A DNA stretch of 64,000 bases. It comes from Candidatus Geothermarchaeota archaeon (lineage in GTDB: Archaea > Thermoproteota > Nitrososphaeria > Geothermarchaeales > JDFR-13). Positions 8,994 to 18,670 of the stretch are shown here, in pieces. Where the stretch lies: the NCBI GenBank assembly GCA_015523605.1, contig WAKC01000025.1, forward strand, positions 10,157 through 74,156, read 5' to 3'. A program made the translations under genes and the position numbers. Under the pieces are notes generated by a model. It had not been told where the DNA came from. It did not search any database and saw only the letters and a program-made list of their open reading frames with translations. Each line of letters opens with the position of its first letter. Positions within the stretch are counted from its first letter, which is position 1.

Positions 8994-9620
8994 CTATTTA
9001 ACATACTTGTCCCAATCAATCTTAAGAATGACGTAGGTTAGGACAAAAGCCATAACTAATATAATGATAGATGCCCAGATACTCATCTCCTCCCCAATAT
9101 AACTCAATACAGCTTCATAGGAATAGTATCCAGCATACGCGATAAATACTGATAGAAGCGTCTTACCCAAGAAAGCCGCTATAAAGATCCGCTTAAGATC
9201 AATCTTTAGAATACCTAGTAATGGATATATCAAATCATCGGGTAGTGGCGTAACTGCAAATATAAATACTATTAGAAAGACCCCATAGGATTCAATGAGT
9301 CTACGTAGTTTTTCAACCCTCTGCCTATAATTTTCAGATAAGAGTCTTCTACCACCTCTACCTACAAAATATAGCCATAGCTCACCTAACGCGGCTCCCA
9401 ATCCAGAGGCCAACCCAATAAATGCAGGGTTAAACTGCTGTGTAGACCCAGCAAAATAGATTAGAATTAGATATGGGACGGGTAGAATGACTGTGAGAGT
9501 TGCTATAAAAGAGACTATAAAGAATCCTATGTATCCATATGTCGCGATGATTTCATTGAAGTTGAGGCCTAGGTCGAATCCTTGGATGAGAAGCAGATAT
9601 ATATAGTAAACGATATCCAT
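8994..9620 (-). CDS. DedA/VTT (SNARE-associated) family membrane protein
   Basis: Multi-TM protein with a DedA-type core (FFIVSFIATLTVILPVPYLILIYFAG ... TPLPDDLIYPLLGILKIDLKRIF). Confidence 0.75.
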   Translation of the reverse strand: MDIVYYIYLLLIQGFDLGLNFNEIIATYGYIGFFIVSFIATLTVILPVPYLILIYFAGSTQQFNPAFIGLASGLGAALGELWLYFVGRGGRRLLSENYRQRVEKLRRLIESYGVFLIVFIFAVTPLPDDLIYPLLGILKIDLKRIFIAAFLGKTLLSVFIAYAGYYSYEAVLSYIGEEMSIWASIIILVMAFVLTYVILKIDWDKYVK

Positions 9621-9621
9621 A

Positions 9622-10170
9622 TCATTCTACACCATATTCTTCAATGATTTTACTGACCTCCCTCAGAATCTCATCTAGAGTATCCTCATCCCTCTTCTTA
9701 CGCTTCTCCTCCTTCTTCTCCTCCTCCCTCTTCTCTTCCTTCTTCTCCTTCTTCGGGGGTTTCAACCGCCTCTCCAACTCAGAAATCCTACTCTCCAACT
9801 GCCTCCGCTTCTCCTCATACTCCTTAACAAGCCTCTCATACTCCTCTTTCAAAGACTCAAGCTCTGCATACTCCCTTAGAGATGCGAGTCTAGACTCGAT
9901 CTCATCCAATTCAGACTCAAATTTACTTACCAACGCATCCTTCAACTCCTCACTAATCTTCCCCTCCTCATACTGTTTATAGACGTTTAATATGGCGGTC
10001 TTAATAACCTCCCTTCTAAGCTCTAACTCCTTAACCTGGGAACGGTAGCTCACACCATGGGTTACAACGGAATTCTTAGGAGAAGGTGATGATGTCAATC
10101 TATAGCTTGAATATAACATAGCTATTGATGAAGCAAGTATCGTGGCTGGAATAATATACTCAACAACCAT
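9622..10170 (-). CDS. N-terminally membrane-anchored coiled-coil protein with a Lys/Glu-rich tail
   Basis: One N-terminal TM (IIPATILASSIAMLY) is followed by heptad-like E/K/L-rich sequence and the run KKEKKEEKREEEKKEEKRKKR. Its stop lies 1 nt from the DedA start. Confidence 0.6.
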   Translation of the reverse strand: MVVEYIIPATILASSIAMLYSSYRLTSSPSPKNSVVTHGVSYRSQVKELELRREVIKTAILNVYKQYEEGKISEELKDALVSKFESELDEIESRLASLREYAELESLKEEYERLVKEYEEKRRQLESRISELERRLKPPKKEKKEEKREEEKKEEKRKKRDEDTLDEILREVSKIIEEYGVE

Positions 10171-10206
10171 AATTAACCAAACTTAAAGATACACGGCAAT
10201 AGAATA

Positions 10207-10521
10207 TTAATTTTTTGTCTTATACCCCTTCCTATAGACATGCCCACATAACAGGCACTTCACCGCAACATGTTTATAGGGACGGCTTCTAACCCTATAA
10301 ACCGCGTTAACACCTGGAAGCAAAACCTCTTTACATTTTTTACAATAGAAAAGTTTAAGATGAGCGGGGAGTCTAGTACGAGTCTTCATAGAGATCCTCT
10401 TTAAAAGCTTAAGATATTTGATCCGATACTCCCTAGGAACGTCTGAATACAACATATAATTCAACTCTTTAAACAGTCTCTGGGCAACCTTCCTAGCCCT
10501 CCTAGAAACCATATCAAACAT
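10207..10521 (-). CDS. rnp4: RNase P protein component 4 (Rpp21/Rpr2)
   Basis: Basic helical N-terminus plus a C-terminal zinc ribbon (CKKC...18 aa...CLLCGH). At 104 aa it has the typical size. Confidence 0.85.
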   Translation of the reverse strand: MFDMVSRRARKVAQRLFKELNYMLYSDVPREYRIKYLKLLKRISMKTRTRLPAHLKLFYCKKCKEVLLPGVNAVYRVRSRPYKHVAVKCLLCGHVYRKGYKTKN

Positions 10522-10576
10522 AAATATTAGAGTCTAGACGATTAAATTACCATCAAAAACAAATATTCATCTTATA

Positions 10577-11230
10577 ATGAGTAGGATACGGATCGTCATT
10601 GCTGATGCACAGCTTGAAACAGTTCCTGAACAGCTCTGGAACGAAAACGCGGTAAAAAATGATTCTAAAAGGAGGAAGAGACATCCCAGTAAAATATTAC
10701 TGTATACGCCCATCCACTATACTGCTATGCTGAAACACGGTATAAATGTTAAAAGACGTGGAAGGCCGGATATAACCCAAGATATCCTAAAGGCAATTAT
10801 AAACCATCCTCTGAATAGGGAATTAGATATAGAGATCTACATCTATACAATCAATGGAGAACTTTTCTGGATAAGTAGTAAGACTAGGATCCCTCATAAC
10901 TACTACCAGTTTGAGGGATTGATGGTCCAACTCCTTAAAAAGGGTATGGTACCTCCAGATACCGGAGAATTTATGAAGAAGATGGATATAAATCTTGATG
11001 AACTGCTCAAGGGTGATGTATACCTTTTACATGAGGATGGGATAGACATCGACGAAACAACATTCCCCATGGATAGAACGTTAACATTCGTTATAGGGGG
11101 GTTTCAAGAAGGTGATTATAGCGAGAAATTCCATAGGATTAGAAATAGGATAAGCGTGTATAAGGAACCATTATATGCAGGAACCGCAGCTTGTATACTT
11201 CTCACAAGACTCTGGAGGATGACAAGATAG
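10577..11230 (+). CDS. nep1: rRNA small-subunit pseudouridine methyltransferase Nep1 (EMG1, SPOUT)
   Basis: Nep1-like N-terminus (IVIADAQLETVPEQL), an RGRPDITQDIL motif, and typical archaeal Nep1 length (217 aa). Confidence 0.8.
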   Translation: MSRIRIVIADAQLETVPEQLWNENAVKNDSKRRKRHPSKILLYTPIHYTAMLKHGINVKRRGRPDITQDILKAIINHPLNRELDIEIYIYTINGELFWISSKTRIPHNYYQFEGLMVQLLKKGMVPPDTGEFMKKMDINLDELLKGDVYLLHEDGIDIDETTFPMDRTLTFVIGGFQEGDYSEKFHRIRNRISVYKEPLYAGTAACILLTRLWRMTR

Positions 11231-11253
11231 GATAGACCGGAGAATGTAGTTAC

Positions 11254-11526
11254 TTACACAACACCACCAAGTAATATGTTAAACACTATCAATACAATTA
11301 GGATGATAATGGCTGAGACTCCGAGAATATCCCTCCTCCTAAACTGGTTGTGAAAGGCTATAATGAGGAGAGTAAGGGAAGGGAGATATATCAGATAAAC
11401 AACTTTAAAGATGTATTTAAGTGGGAGAACATCTTGTAGAGATACTAGTACAGCTACTATAGAGGATATAACTAGACTTATAAGTAGCATATATCTAACC
11501 ATCCTCCTATTAGATATAGAGTTCAC
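11254..11526 (-). CDS. small membrane protein (3 TM), unknown function
   Basis: The 90-aa ORF is strongly hydrophobic. It overlaps the stop of the TauE-like gene by 4 nt, which suggests translational coupling. Confidence 0.5.
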   Translation of the reverse strand: MNSISNRRMVRYMLLISLVISSIVAVLVSLQDVLPLKYIFKVVYLIYLPSLTLLIIAFHNQFRRRDILGVSAIIILIVLIVFNILLGGVV

Positions 11527-12287
11527 ATAGACACACCCTTCAAAACCATGATAAAGGCGAATAACATCATTACAATTGCGAATATCTTCCTAAGGATATA
11601 AGCCTCGGTCCTCAAGCTAACCCTACTCCCTAGTTGAGCCCCCAATACAGAGGCTAGAAAAGCTGAGCCTAGATATTGTATGTTTATCTTTCCAGCATTT
11701 AAATATATAAAGCTCCCTGTGAACGAAGTGATTGCAATCATATACTCACTAGTTCCAATCGCGATCTTCATAGGTACATCTAGATATAAGGTCATTATCG
11801 GTACCTTGAGAATCCCACCGCCAATACCCAGTAATCCAGATAAAAGACCCGCTATAAAGGAGGCTACAAAACCATTTAACATCTTTAACCTCCCAATTCT
11901 AGGGAGCCTCTCAATCTTCTCTTTAGATCCCCCTCTAAACATCACCAAACCAATATAAACAAGGGTAAAGCCAAACACTATGAATAACATTTTAGAAGGT
12001 GTGTATAGAGCGATATTAGCGCCTGCGATTGCCCCCAATACACTTGCAACCTCGAGGATCGATCCCAATTTAAAATCTACATTACCCTCAACAACATAAT
12101 TTAGTGATGCGGATGTGGAGACTCCAACTATTGATATGAGACTCAAACCAATGGCTTCATGTATGGGGAGGCCTAATAAGACACTGAGTAGAGGAACCAT
12201 TAAAAAGCCTCCTCCCAAACCTATTAACGATCCTAGAAAGGCCGATGAAAATATTATGATAAATATCCATACAATCACATCCAACAT
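11523..12287 (-). CDS. TauE/SafE (DUF81) family anion/sulfite exporter-like permease
   Basis: Seven to eight TM helices with the duplicated glycine motif GLGGGFLMVPLL and GIGGGILKVPIM. Confidence 0.8.
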   Translation of the reverse strand: MLDVIVWIFIIIFSSAFLGSLIGLGGGFLMVPLLSVLLGLPIHEAIGLSLISIVGVSTSASLNYVVEGNVDFKLGSILEVASVLGAIAGANIALYTPSKMLFIVFGFTLVYIGLVMFRGGSKEKIERLPRIGRLKMLNGFVASFIAGLLSGLLGIGGGILKVPIMTLYLDVPMKIAIGTSEYMIAITSFTGSFIYLNAGKINIQYLGSAFLASVLGAQLGSRVSLRTEAYILRKIFAIVMMLFAFIMVLKGVSM

Positions 12288-12332
12288 TATGAAATATGGA
12301 TAGTATACATGAGAATAAATATTGAGATGTTT

Positions 12333-12409
12333 TGGTGCGGCCGCCGGGATTCGAACCCGGGACCTCCGGCTTGGAAGGCCGGCATCCTACCAGGCTAGAC
12401 TACGGCCGC
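12333..12409 (-). tRNA. tRNA-Gly (anticodon TCC), no intron, encoded CCA
   Basis: The reverse complement reads gcggccg ta gtct agcctggtaggat ... ccggc ctTCCaa gccgg ... cccgg gttcgaatcccgg cggccgc a cca, which folds as a cloverleaf. Confidence 0.9.
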
Positions 12410-12484
12410 ATAGGCTGTAGAATGCATTATCTATTATTCATAGGATAGATTAAAAAGTTTTATAAAAAATTTGTGGAGAATAGG

Positions 12485-12730
12485 TTATAACTTCCTAACC
12501 AAGACTTTATAGGATGTGGGGGACTCCTTCCAATACCTCAAAACCTCATACCCAAACTTATCCCCCATATTTCTGATTGCAAACCATGCATCGGCGCTAG
12601 AGGTCACTATCAAGATCTCTTCACCAGGACTAAATCCGGATAACTTCTCCCTAAATATCTCTATAGAGGGTTTTGTACAGTCCTCCTCTTCCAATACCCT
12701 CTGTAGGTCAATCACGTTTCTAGTCATCAT
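12485..12730 (-). CDS. TusA/SirA-like small sulfur-carrier protein
   Basis: 81 aa, with a Cys near the N-terminus in the context EDCTKPS (TusA consensus is CPxP). Size and pattern are TusA-like. Its start overlaps the rhodanese stop by 4 nt. Confidence 0.55.
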   Translation of the reverse strand: MMTRNVIDLQRVLEEEDCTKPSIEIFREKLSGFSPGEEILIVTSSADAWFAIRNMGDKFGYEVLRYWKESPTSYKVLVRKL

Positions 12731-13563
12731 ACCTCAGTCTCTATTGGAGCACCCACCATATTACCCCATTCACTCCATGATCCATCATAGACCCTAATCT
12801 TCTTATAGCCTAGGAGATGGTGCAAGACGAAATATGTAAATGCTGCTCTCTCACCTATTCTACAGTATACAATGATATTTTTATCGGGGGTTACACCCAA
12901 TTCCTCATATAGCCTTCGAATTTCATCGAGGGGTTTTAAAGTTCCATCCTCATTCACTGCCTTAGCCCAGGGGATATTTACAGCACCGGGTATGTGACCA
13001 CCTCTCTGCGCAGCCTCATTAGGATACTCTGGAGGCGCCGTCACCTCCCCTTTATACTCAGCCGGGCTCCTAACATCCACCAAGACTACATTAGGGTCTC
13101 TAAGATGTTTCATAACATCTATAAACGTCGCCCTCTTAGTCATATCCACCTTAACCACTTTATAGTTAGTTGGAGAGATCTTAGGAACCTCTTTAGTCAT
13201 AGGGTATCCAAGGTCTATCCACTTATTTCTACCGCCATTCAATATCTTGACATTCTCATGACCATAGAGGTCAAATATCCATAAGGCAAAGGCTGCAAAC
13301 CAATTGTTATAGTCCCCATATAATATAACTAGATCGTCATTTGAGATGCCGAGTCTAGACATTAGCCTCTCAAATCCTTCAGGGTCTATTATATCCCTCT
13401 CGGGATATTTATTCAAATCCTTCTTCCAATCAATAAGTAGGGCGCCTGGGATATGGCCAAGTTCATAGGCTGTACTAGGGTCATAATCAACCTCAACCAC
13501 CTTTATACCCTCACTTCCCAAGATTTCCTTTAGCTCCTCTGGCTGGATAACCTTTGTAGACAT
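12727..13563 (-). CDS. thiosulfate sulfurtransferase (tandem rhodanese domains)
   Basis: Two rhodanese repeats with the catalytic loop CRIGERA in the C-terminal one. The tracked ORF extends to 13587, but the ATG at 13563 (MSTKVIQPEEL) is the likelier start. Confidence 0.85.
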   Translation of the reverse strand: MSTKVIQPEELKEILGSEGIKVVEVDYDPSTAYELGHIPGALLIDWKKDLNKYPERDIIDPEGFERLMSRLGISNDDLVILYGDYNNWFAAFALWIFDLYGHENVKILNGGRNKWIDLGYPMTKEVPKISPTNYKVVKVDMTKRATFIDVMKHLRDPNVVLVDVRSPAEYKGEVTAPPEYPNEAAQRGGHIPGAVNIPWAKAVNEDGTLKPLDEIRRLYEELGVTPDKNIIVYCRIGERAAFTYFVLHHLLGYKKIRVYDGSWSEWGNMVGAPIETEV

Positions 13564-13644
13564 ATCAGATCCCTCTAAATATAACACTGTTATAGATGAA
13601 GTTATAAGAGATTAGTTATATTCTCTCAGAGTGATATAAACATT

Positions 13645-14235
13645 TTGGATATGAAGATTATATCATTTATACACCGCGGCATATTCAACAACAAAGTTTT
13701 CGACTCTATAGTGGCGCAGGCAGTCTCTAGAAGAATAGATAAGATCGTGATAAACACAGCCGATTTACTAGATAAAATGATTTTAAATAAGGTTCTTGAC
13801 CTCCAAACTACGTATAGAGACTTGGATATAATTGTTAAGGAGAGTGTCAGGGAGGATTTTCTAGGGGGTATACTATCCACACTCCAGCTCTTTGAAAAGG
13901 GAGACTTCCTAGTTATAGATATGGACTGCAATATAGATCATATAGATTTAGACAGGTTTTTCACCTATCCAGATGCCTTAGGAGTGTCTAAGAAGGTTAG
14001 ATGTGAATACTCATACTCATTCGACCTCGACGATGAGGGAAACATCATTAACGTACATACTGGATTGAGAGATGAATACATTTTCAGCGGTATCGCCAAG
14101 TTAGGAGACGGTTTTATCGATACTCTACGTAGACTCCTAATCCTATACTACAATCCTGAATACATAAAATTTGAGAATCTGATAACCAGCTATCTCCGGA
14201 GGGGTGGAACAATTAAAGCTGTCTATATAGATTAG
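13645..14235 (+). CDS. hypothetical protein, possibly a degenerate nucleotidyltransferase-fold protein
   Basis: The order of elements (IDKIVINT ... GGILSTLQLFEKGDFLVIDMD ... IFSGIAKLG) resembles sugar-nucleotidyltransferases. The N-terminal G-rich NTP loop is missing. Confidence 0.3.
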   Translation: MDMKIISFIHRGIFNNKVFDSIVAQAVSRRIDKIVINTADLLDKMILNKVLDLQTTYRDLDIIVKESVREDFLGGILSTLQLFEKGDFLVIDMDCNIDHIDLDRFFTYPDALGVSKKVRCEYSYSFDLDDEGNIINVHTGLRDEYIFSGIAKLGDGFIDTLRRLLILYYNPEYIKFENLITSYLRRGGTIKAVYID

Positions 14236-14238
14236 AAC

Positions 14239-15291
14239 CTACTCAAGAAGTATATTTGCAGAGTCTTTCTTCCATCCAAATGTAACTGTATCTCCAGTAT
14301 CTGGAAGTGGCTCAGCGAGTCTAAACGGTCTAAAGACTATAAATCTCTTGCCGTCCACCTCGATATGAAACTCTACATACGACCCCTTGAATATTTTGAG
14401 TAATACCTTTCCATAGTATACATTATCAACCCCCTCTACATTACCTATGTAGATATGCTCAGGCCTCACGGCTATCGTAACCTTACTACCATCATTCAAC
14501 TTGACATCTTCGGGGAGTTGGATAACCCCAATCTCACTATCTACCTTCCCACCGCTGTAGGTCCCTTCAATTAGATTTATAGCTTCACCGATGAAACGGG
14601 CTACAAAAGTATTCTTGGGATGTAGATATATCTCCTCGGGAGAGCCTATCTGCATAATACGTCCATCCTTCATAACGGCTATTCTATCCGACATCACCAT
14701 AGCCTCTCCCTGGTCATGAGTTACATAGATGAATGTAGTTCCAACCTCATGGTGTATACGTTTAAGCTCCACCATCATCTCCTGCCTAATCTTCAGGTCA
14801 AGCGCTCCAAGAGGCTCATCAAGGAGTAGTACCTTAGGCTCTATAACTAGAGCCCTGGCAAGGGCGACTCTCTGCCTCTGACCACCACTCAACTGGTTTG
14901 GATATCTATTCTCCATTCCAGGCAACCTGACAATCTCGAGGATCTCCCTAACCTTCCTCTTAATCTCATCCTCAGGAACTTTCCTCATCCTGAGGCCGAA
15001 TGCAATATTATCATATACATTCATATGGGGAAAGAGTGCTAATGTCTGGAAAACCATTCCAATACCCCGTTTATGTGTCGGTACATATGTTACATCCTGG
15101 CCATGCAGCTTCACAACCCCAGAGTCGGGCCTCTCAAGCCCAGCTATAATCCTTAGAGTAGTAGTTTTACCACATCCACTTGGACCCAATAGACTAAAGA
15201 ACTCACCCTCCCTTATCCTAAGAGATACGTTATTGACGGCGACTACATCACCAAAACGTTTAGTAATATTTTCGAGCTCGACGGCATACAT
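14239..15291 (-). CDS. ABC transporter ATP-binding protein, MalK/PotA-type with C-terminal regulatory (TOBE-like) domain
   Basis: Contains Walker A GPSGCGKT, signature LSGGQRQR, Walker B LLLDEPL and H-loop VTHD, with about 110 extra C-terminal residues. No adjacent permease or binding-protein gene is present. Confidence 0.9.
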   Translation of the reverse strand: MYAVELENITKRFGDVVAVNNVSLRIREGEFFSLLGPSGCGKTTTLRIIAGLERPDSGVVKLHGQDVTYVPTHKRGIGMVFQTLALFPHMNVYDNIAFGLRMRKVPEDEIKRKVREILEIVRLPGMENRYPNQLSGGQRQRVALARALVIEPKVLLLDEPLGALDLKIRQEMMVELKRIHHEVGTTFIYVTHDQGEAMVMSDRIAVMKDGRIMQIGSPEEIYLHPKNTFVARFIGEAINLIEGTYSGGKVDSEIGVIQLPEDVKLNDGSKVTIAVRPEHIYIGNVEGVDNVYYGKVLLKIFKGSYVEFHIEVDGKRFIVFRPFRLAEPLPDTGDTVTFGWKKDSANILLE

Positions 15292-15351
15292 ATCTATACA
15301 CCGTGCCCTGTATACACACGAATAATAATAATTTCTATGGTTAAGCCTAGT

Positions 15352-16230
15352 TTATATTTTAAATGCATATATACCCAATAGACCTCTCACTATCTCCACT
15401 TTAAACCCAGCATTCTTGAGACGCCTAGCAACACCCTTAACAATATCCTTCCCACGTCTATGCCCCGGATTACCTACATAATGGTATAGCCTTCCACCAG
15501 GACGGATTACTCGATAGAGCATCCTATAGAAATCTAGGCTATAGAGTTCACCAGCCCTCGCCATCCTCGGAGGATCATGGATTACAATATCGAAGAAGTT
15601 TCTAGGGAGATCACCCACCAATTCATATGCATCCCCAAGCAAGATAGGGATTTCTGATAGTTCCCTACTCCAGGGATTGTATTTTGCAAGGTCCAAAACG
15701 TTCCTGTCCTTCTCTATCGTCAAGACCTCAGCCCCTCTATTTAGACTATGGATAGCGGTATATCCAAGGCCTGTACAGACATCCAACACTTTGTGACCCT
15801 CTCTAACATTTACCAACTCAACTTTTTGACCGGCATCTTCCCAGGGGGTAACTTCGACTACTCTATGCATCTTAATACCACTTATCTCGATAGTGGGAGC
15901 CTCATACATAGCAACTGGATACAACTTATAGTATATGTCATCTCTGAAGAAGGCTAGATCTCCATATCTACCCTCCCTAAGTATATATATCCTATCATAC
16001 CTGAAATCATCTATGAGGACATTAAGATCATATGTGAATTTATCAATCTTCAAGACGCCTTCAGAGACGTCTACATATGTGAAACTCCTTCCAAGGTCTA
16101 GAGATATTTTTATAGTGCCCTCTCTATATCTCAGGTCGTCTAACAACCATTTCGTAACCACTGGTATCTCGAAATACTGATAGAGATACCTATCGAATGA
16201 AGATGCAATGTCCTCGACCACCCTCATCAA
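15352..16230 (-). CDS. class I SAM-dependent methyltransferase (archaeal type, DPPR motif)
   Basis: The C-terminal half has motif I VLDVCTGLGYTAI and motif IV IHDPPR. The N-terminal 130 aa are uncharacterised. Confidence 0.7.
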   Translation of the reverse strand: MMRVVEDIASSFDRYLYQYFEIPVVTKWLLDDLRYREGTIKISLDLGRSFTYVDVSEGVLKIDKFTYDLNVLIDDFRYDRIYILREGRYGDLAFFRDDIYYKLYPVAMYEAPTIEISGIKMHRVVEVTPWEDAGQKVELVNVREGHKVLDVCTGLGYTAIHSLNRGAEVLTIEKDRNVLDLAKYNPWSRELSEIPILLGDAYELVGDLPRNFFDIVIHDPPRMARAGELYSLDFYRMLYRVIRPGGRLYHYVGNPGHRRGKDIVKGVARRLKNAGFKVEIVRGLLGIYAFKI

Positions 16231-16276
16231 TTAAGATTAAGATAAATCTTATCACTGAAAAATATTTTTGGTAAGT

Positions 16277-17668
16277 ATGAGGAGTGGAACCCTACGACTC
16301 TACGATACAAGGACTGGAGAGAAGAAGGCGGTTAAACCGTTGAGAAACGATAATATAATAAGGATATATATATGTGGACCTACAGTTTATGATTATAGCC
16401 ATATAGGCCATTTCAAGACCTTCATAACATATGATAGCCTAGTCAGGTTACTCAAATACCTCGGATATGACGTTATCCACGTCGTCAATATAACCGACAT
16501 TGATGATAAGATCATCAATAGAGCGAATGAGGAAGGAGTCACATATAGGGATATCAGCGAGAAATATACGGAGGACTTCCTATCCATATGGAAGAGGCTT
16601 AATATGCTTCCACCCTATGCACTACCAAGAGCTACATATCATATACGCGACATGATTAACATCATTGAAAAGCTAATTAGAGAGGGATATGCATATCCTG
16701 CAGATGGAAACGTCTACTTCTCCGTATCAAAGTTTAAGGGATATGGTGAGATAAGTAAGCAGAAGATAGAGGAGTTGATACGTGGCTACAGAGTTGAAGA
16801 AGGACCTGGTAAAAAGGATAAACTAGACTTTGCATTATGGAAGAGATCTAAAGAGGGGGAGCCATCATGGAAGAGTCCATGGGGAGAGGGTAGGCCTGGA
16901 TGGCATATAGAATGTACTGCTATGAGCAGCAGATTCCTGGATCCCCCCTTCGAGATACATGGTGGCGGTGAAGATCTAAAGTTCCCACATCATGAGAATG
17001 AAAGAGCCCAGACCAATGCATATATAGGGGGTGAAGCGGTCTATATCTGGATGCATGTAGGAATACTAAAGTTTGCCAGGGAAAAAATGTCGAAATCCCT
17101 AGGTAACATAATTACTATGAAGGAGATGCTAAAGGAATTCTCTCCAGACCTAATTAGGCTCATAATCCTCTCAACCCATTATAGGAAACAACTTGAATAT
17201 AGTGATGACAAGGTGGAGGAGGCTAGGAATGTACTTAGAAGGATAAAGAGGGTATACAAAAAACTATTGGATTACAGGGAGTATAGGGATATGGGAGAAT
17301 TGGATATAGATGGCTATAGAGAGAGGTTTATTGAGGAACTCCTAGACGACTTCAACACGGCATCCGCATTGAATATATTCATGTCATTCATTGATAGACT
17401 TGAGAGTTCAATAGACAATAACAAATTATCTAGGGAAGATGTGACAAATGCATTGGCACTCATTGAAGAATTTAAATATATCTATGGATTGACCCTTGAG
17501 GATGAGGCTAGACTTGATGAGGAACTTCTCAAGTTGATTGTCGATGTTAGGGGTGAACTGAGGAGGAGGAAGATATATGAAGTGGCTGATATGATAAGAG
17601 ATAGGCTCAGGGAGATGGGGATAGTCTTGGAAGATGTGGGTGACAAGACTATTTACTATCGGATTTAA
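16277..17668 (+). CDS. cysS: cysteinyl-tRNA synthetase
   Basis: Carries the class I signatures HIGH (SHIGHFKT) and KMSKS, plus [11 protein letters not shown] 16277 is preferred over the tracked TTG 16268. Confidence 0.95.
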   Translation: MRSGTLRLYDTRTGEKKAVKPLRNDNIIRIYICGPTVYDYSHIGHFKTFITYDSLVRLLKYLGYDVIHVVNITDIDDKIINRANEEGVTYRDISEKYTEDFLSIWKRLNMLPPYALPRATYHIRDMINIIEKLIREGYAYPADGNVYFSVSKFKGYGEISKQKIEELIRGYRVEEGPGKKDKLDFALWKRSKEGEPSWKSPWGEGRPGWHIECTAMSSRFLDPPFEIHGGGEDLKFPHHENERAQTNAYIGGEAVYIWMHVGILKFAREKMSKSLGNIITMKEMLKEFSPDLIRLIILSTHYRKQLEYSDDKVEEARNVLRRIKRVYKKLLDYREYRDMGELDIDGYRERFIEELLDDFNTASALNIFMSFIDRLESSIDNNKLSREDVTNALALIEEFKYIYGLTLEDEARLDEELLKLIVDVRGELRRRKIYEVADMIRDRLREMGIVLEDVGDKTIYYRI

Positions 17669-18597
17669 TATCCAGCATCCATCAACGCTCTAACCACGAA
17701 CGGAAGTATAGTCGTTACATCTCCCCATATACTCACATGATTGGCATACTTCCCAACCTTGTTCCACGTAACAGCTTCAGAAAGTCTCGCACCAGATAAG
17801 CTACCGTCATACTCCAATGCAGTTGTAATCTGTAGGGCATAGTCAAGCCCCTCTCTAAACTGGTTCCACCATATAAGATGATGTTTCGAAATCCCTCCTC
17901 CAATAATTATTCCACCAGTATATTTAGCATCATAGACATAGTCTGAAAGGAGTTTCTCATCCTTGAAGAGATCTAGCTTAAAATCTCTGTTAAACTGTTG
18001 AAAGACCCAAATCTGATAGCCGACCGCACCATCATATATACCTGGTATAACAATTTTAATATCGTTCCTAGCAGCCCAAGTCAATATACTCGAGTCAGAA
18101 TCTATGAAACGGCCGAGTTCATAACACAATTCATATGTAGAAAGCTCCTTTACACCCCTCTCCTTCAGATTATTTAGGAAAGCCCTCATCTTCTCCTGAA
18201 TAATACCACCATAATTCTCAAAGGGTATCAATACATTACCAAGTCTATGCACTTCAGAATCCTTAAGCCTAACATCATCCATCCTAAACTCACCCACATA
18301 ATAGTCCTTATAAGTTCGTGCAAGGTCGTGATCAAGAGTTCCACATGTCGTTATAATAACATCTACCCATCGCCTCTTAACAATCTCCCTAATCACTCCT
18401 CTAAGACCTGTGGCTATAATATCTGCAGGGAAACTCATAAAAATCGTTGTCTCCCCACGCTTCTCCAACATCTCCTTCCAGATTCTATATGCAAGCCCTA
18501 CATAACGCCCCATAAACCCCCCGGAATCTATAAGTTGACACATCAAATCTCTAAATGTCTTAACCTTATTCAAATCAATATCTTTAACTACATCCAT
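17665..18597 (-). CDS. dys: deoxyhypusine synthase
   Basis: 310 aa with DHS-type motifs (TCGTLDHD, IIGGGISKHH). It overlaps the cysS stop convergently by 4 nt. Confidence 0.9.
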   Translation of the reverse strand: MDVVKDIDLNKVKTFRDLMCQLIDSGGFMGRYVGLAYRIWKEMLEKRGETTIFMSFPADIIATGLRGVIREIVKRRWVDVIITTCGTLDHDLARTYKDYYVGEFRMDDVRLKDSEVHRLGNVLIPFENYGGIIQEKMRAFLNNLKERGVKELSTYELCYELGRFIDSDSSILTWAARNDIKIVIPGIYDGAVGYQIWVFQQFNRDFKLDLFKDEKLLSDYVYDAKYTGGIIIGGGISKHHLIWWNQFREGLDYALQITTALEYDGSLSGARLSEAVTWNKVGKYANHVSIWGDVTTILPFVVRALMDAGY

Positions 18598-18670
18598 CTC
18601 GTAACACCTACAACGCTAAAACATGCCTTATTAATTAGATATTGCATATGGCTTGGGAAAAAGGTTTAAA

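Noticed and set aside
9690-9775. CT-rich quasi-repetitive DNA (cttctcctcctccctcttctc...), which could look like a tandem repeat or CRISPR-like element.
   Set aside because: The periodicity is imperfect and sits in frame within a CDS. It simply encodes the KKEKKEEKREEEKKEEKRKKR tail. There is no repeat-spacer organisation.
9644-9982. A 112-aa plus-strand ORF rich in Ser/Leu/Phe.
   Set aside because: It is the antisense shadow of the Glu/Lys-rich coiled-coil gene 9622..10170. Its composition is what the reverse complement of GAA/AAG-rich coding sequence produces.
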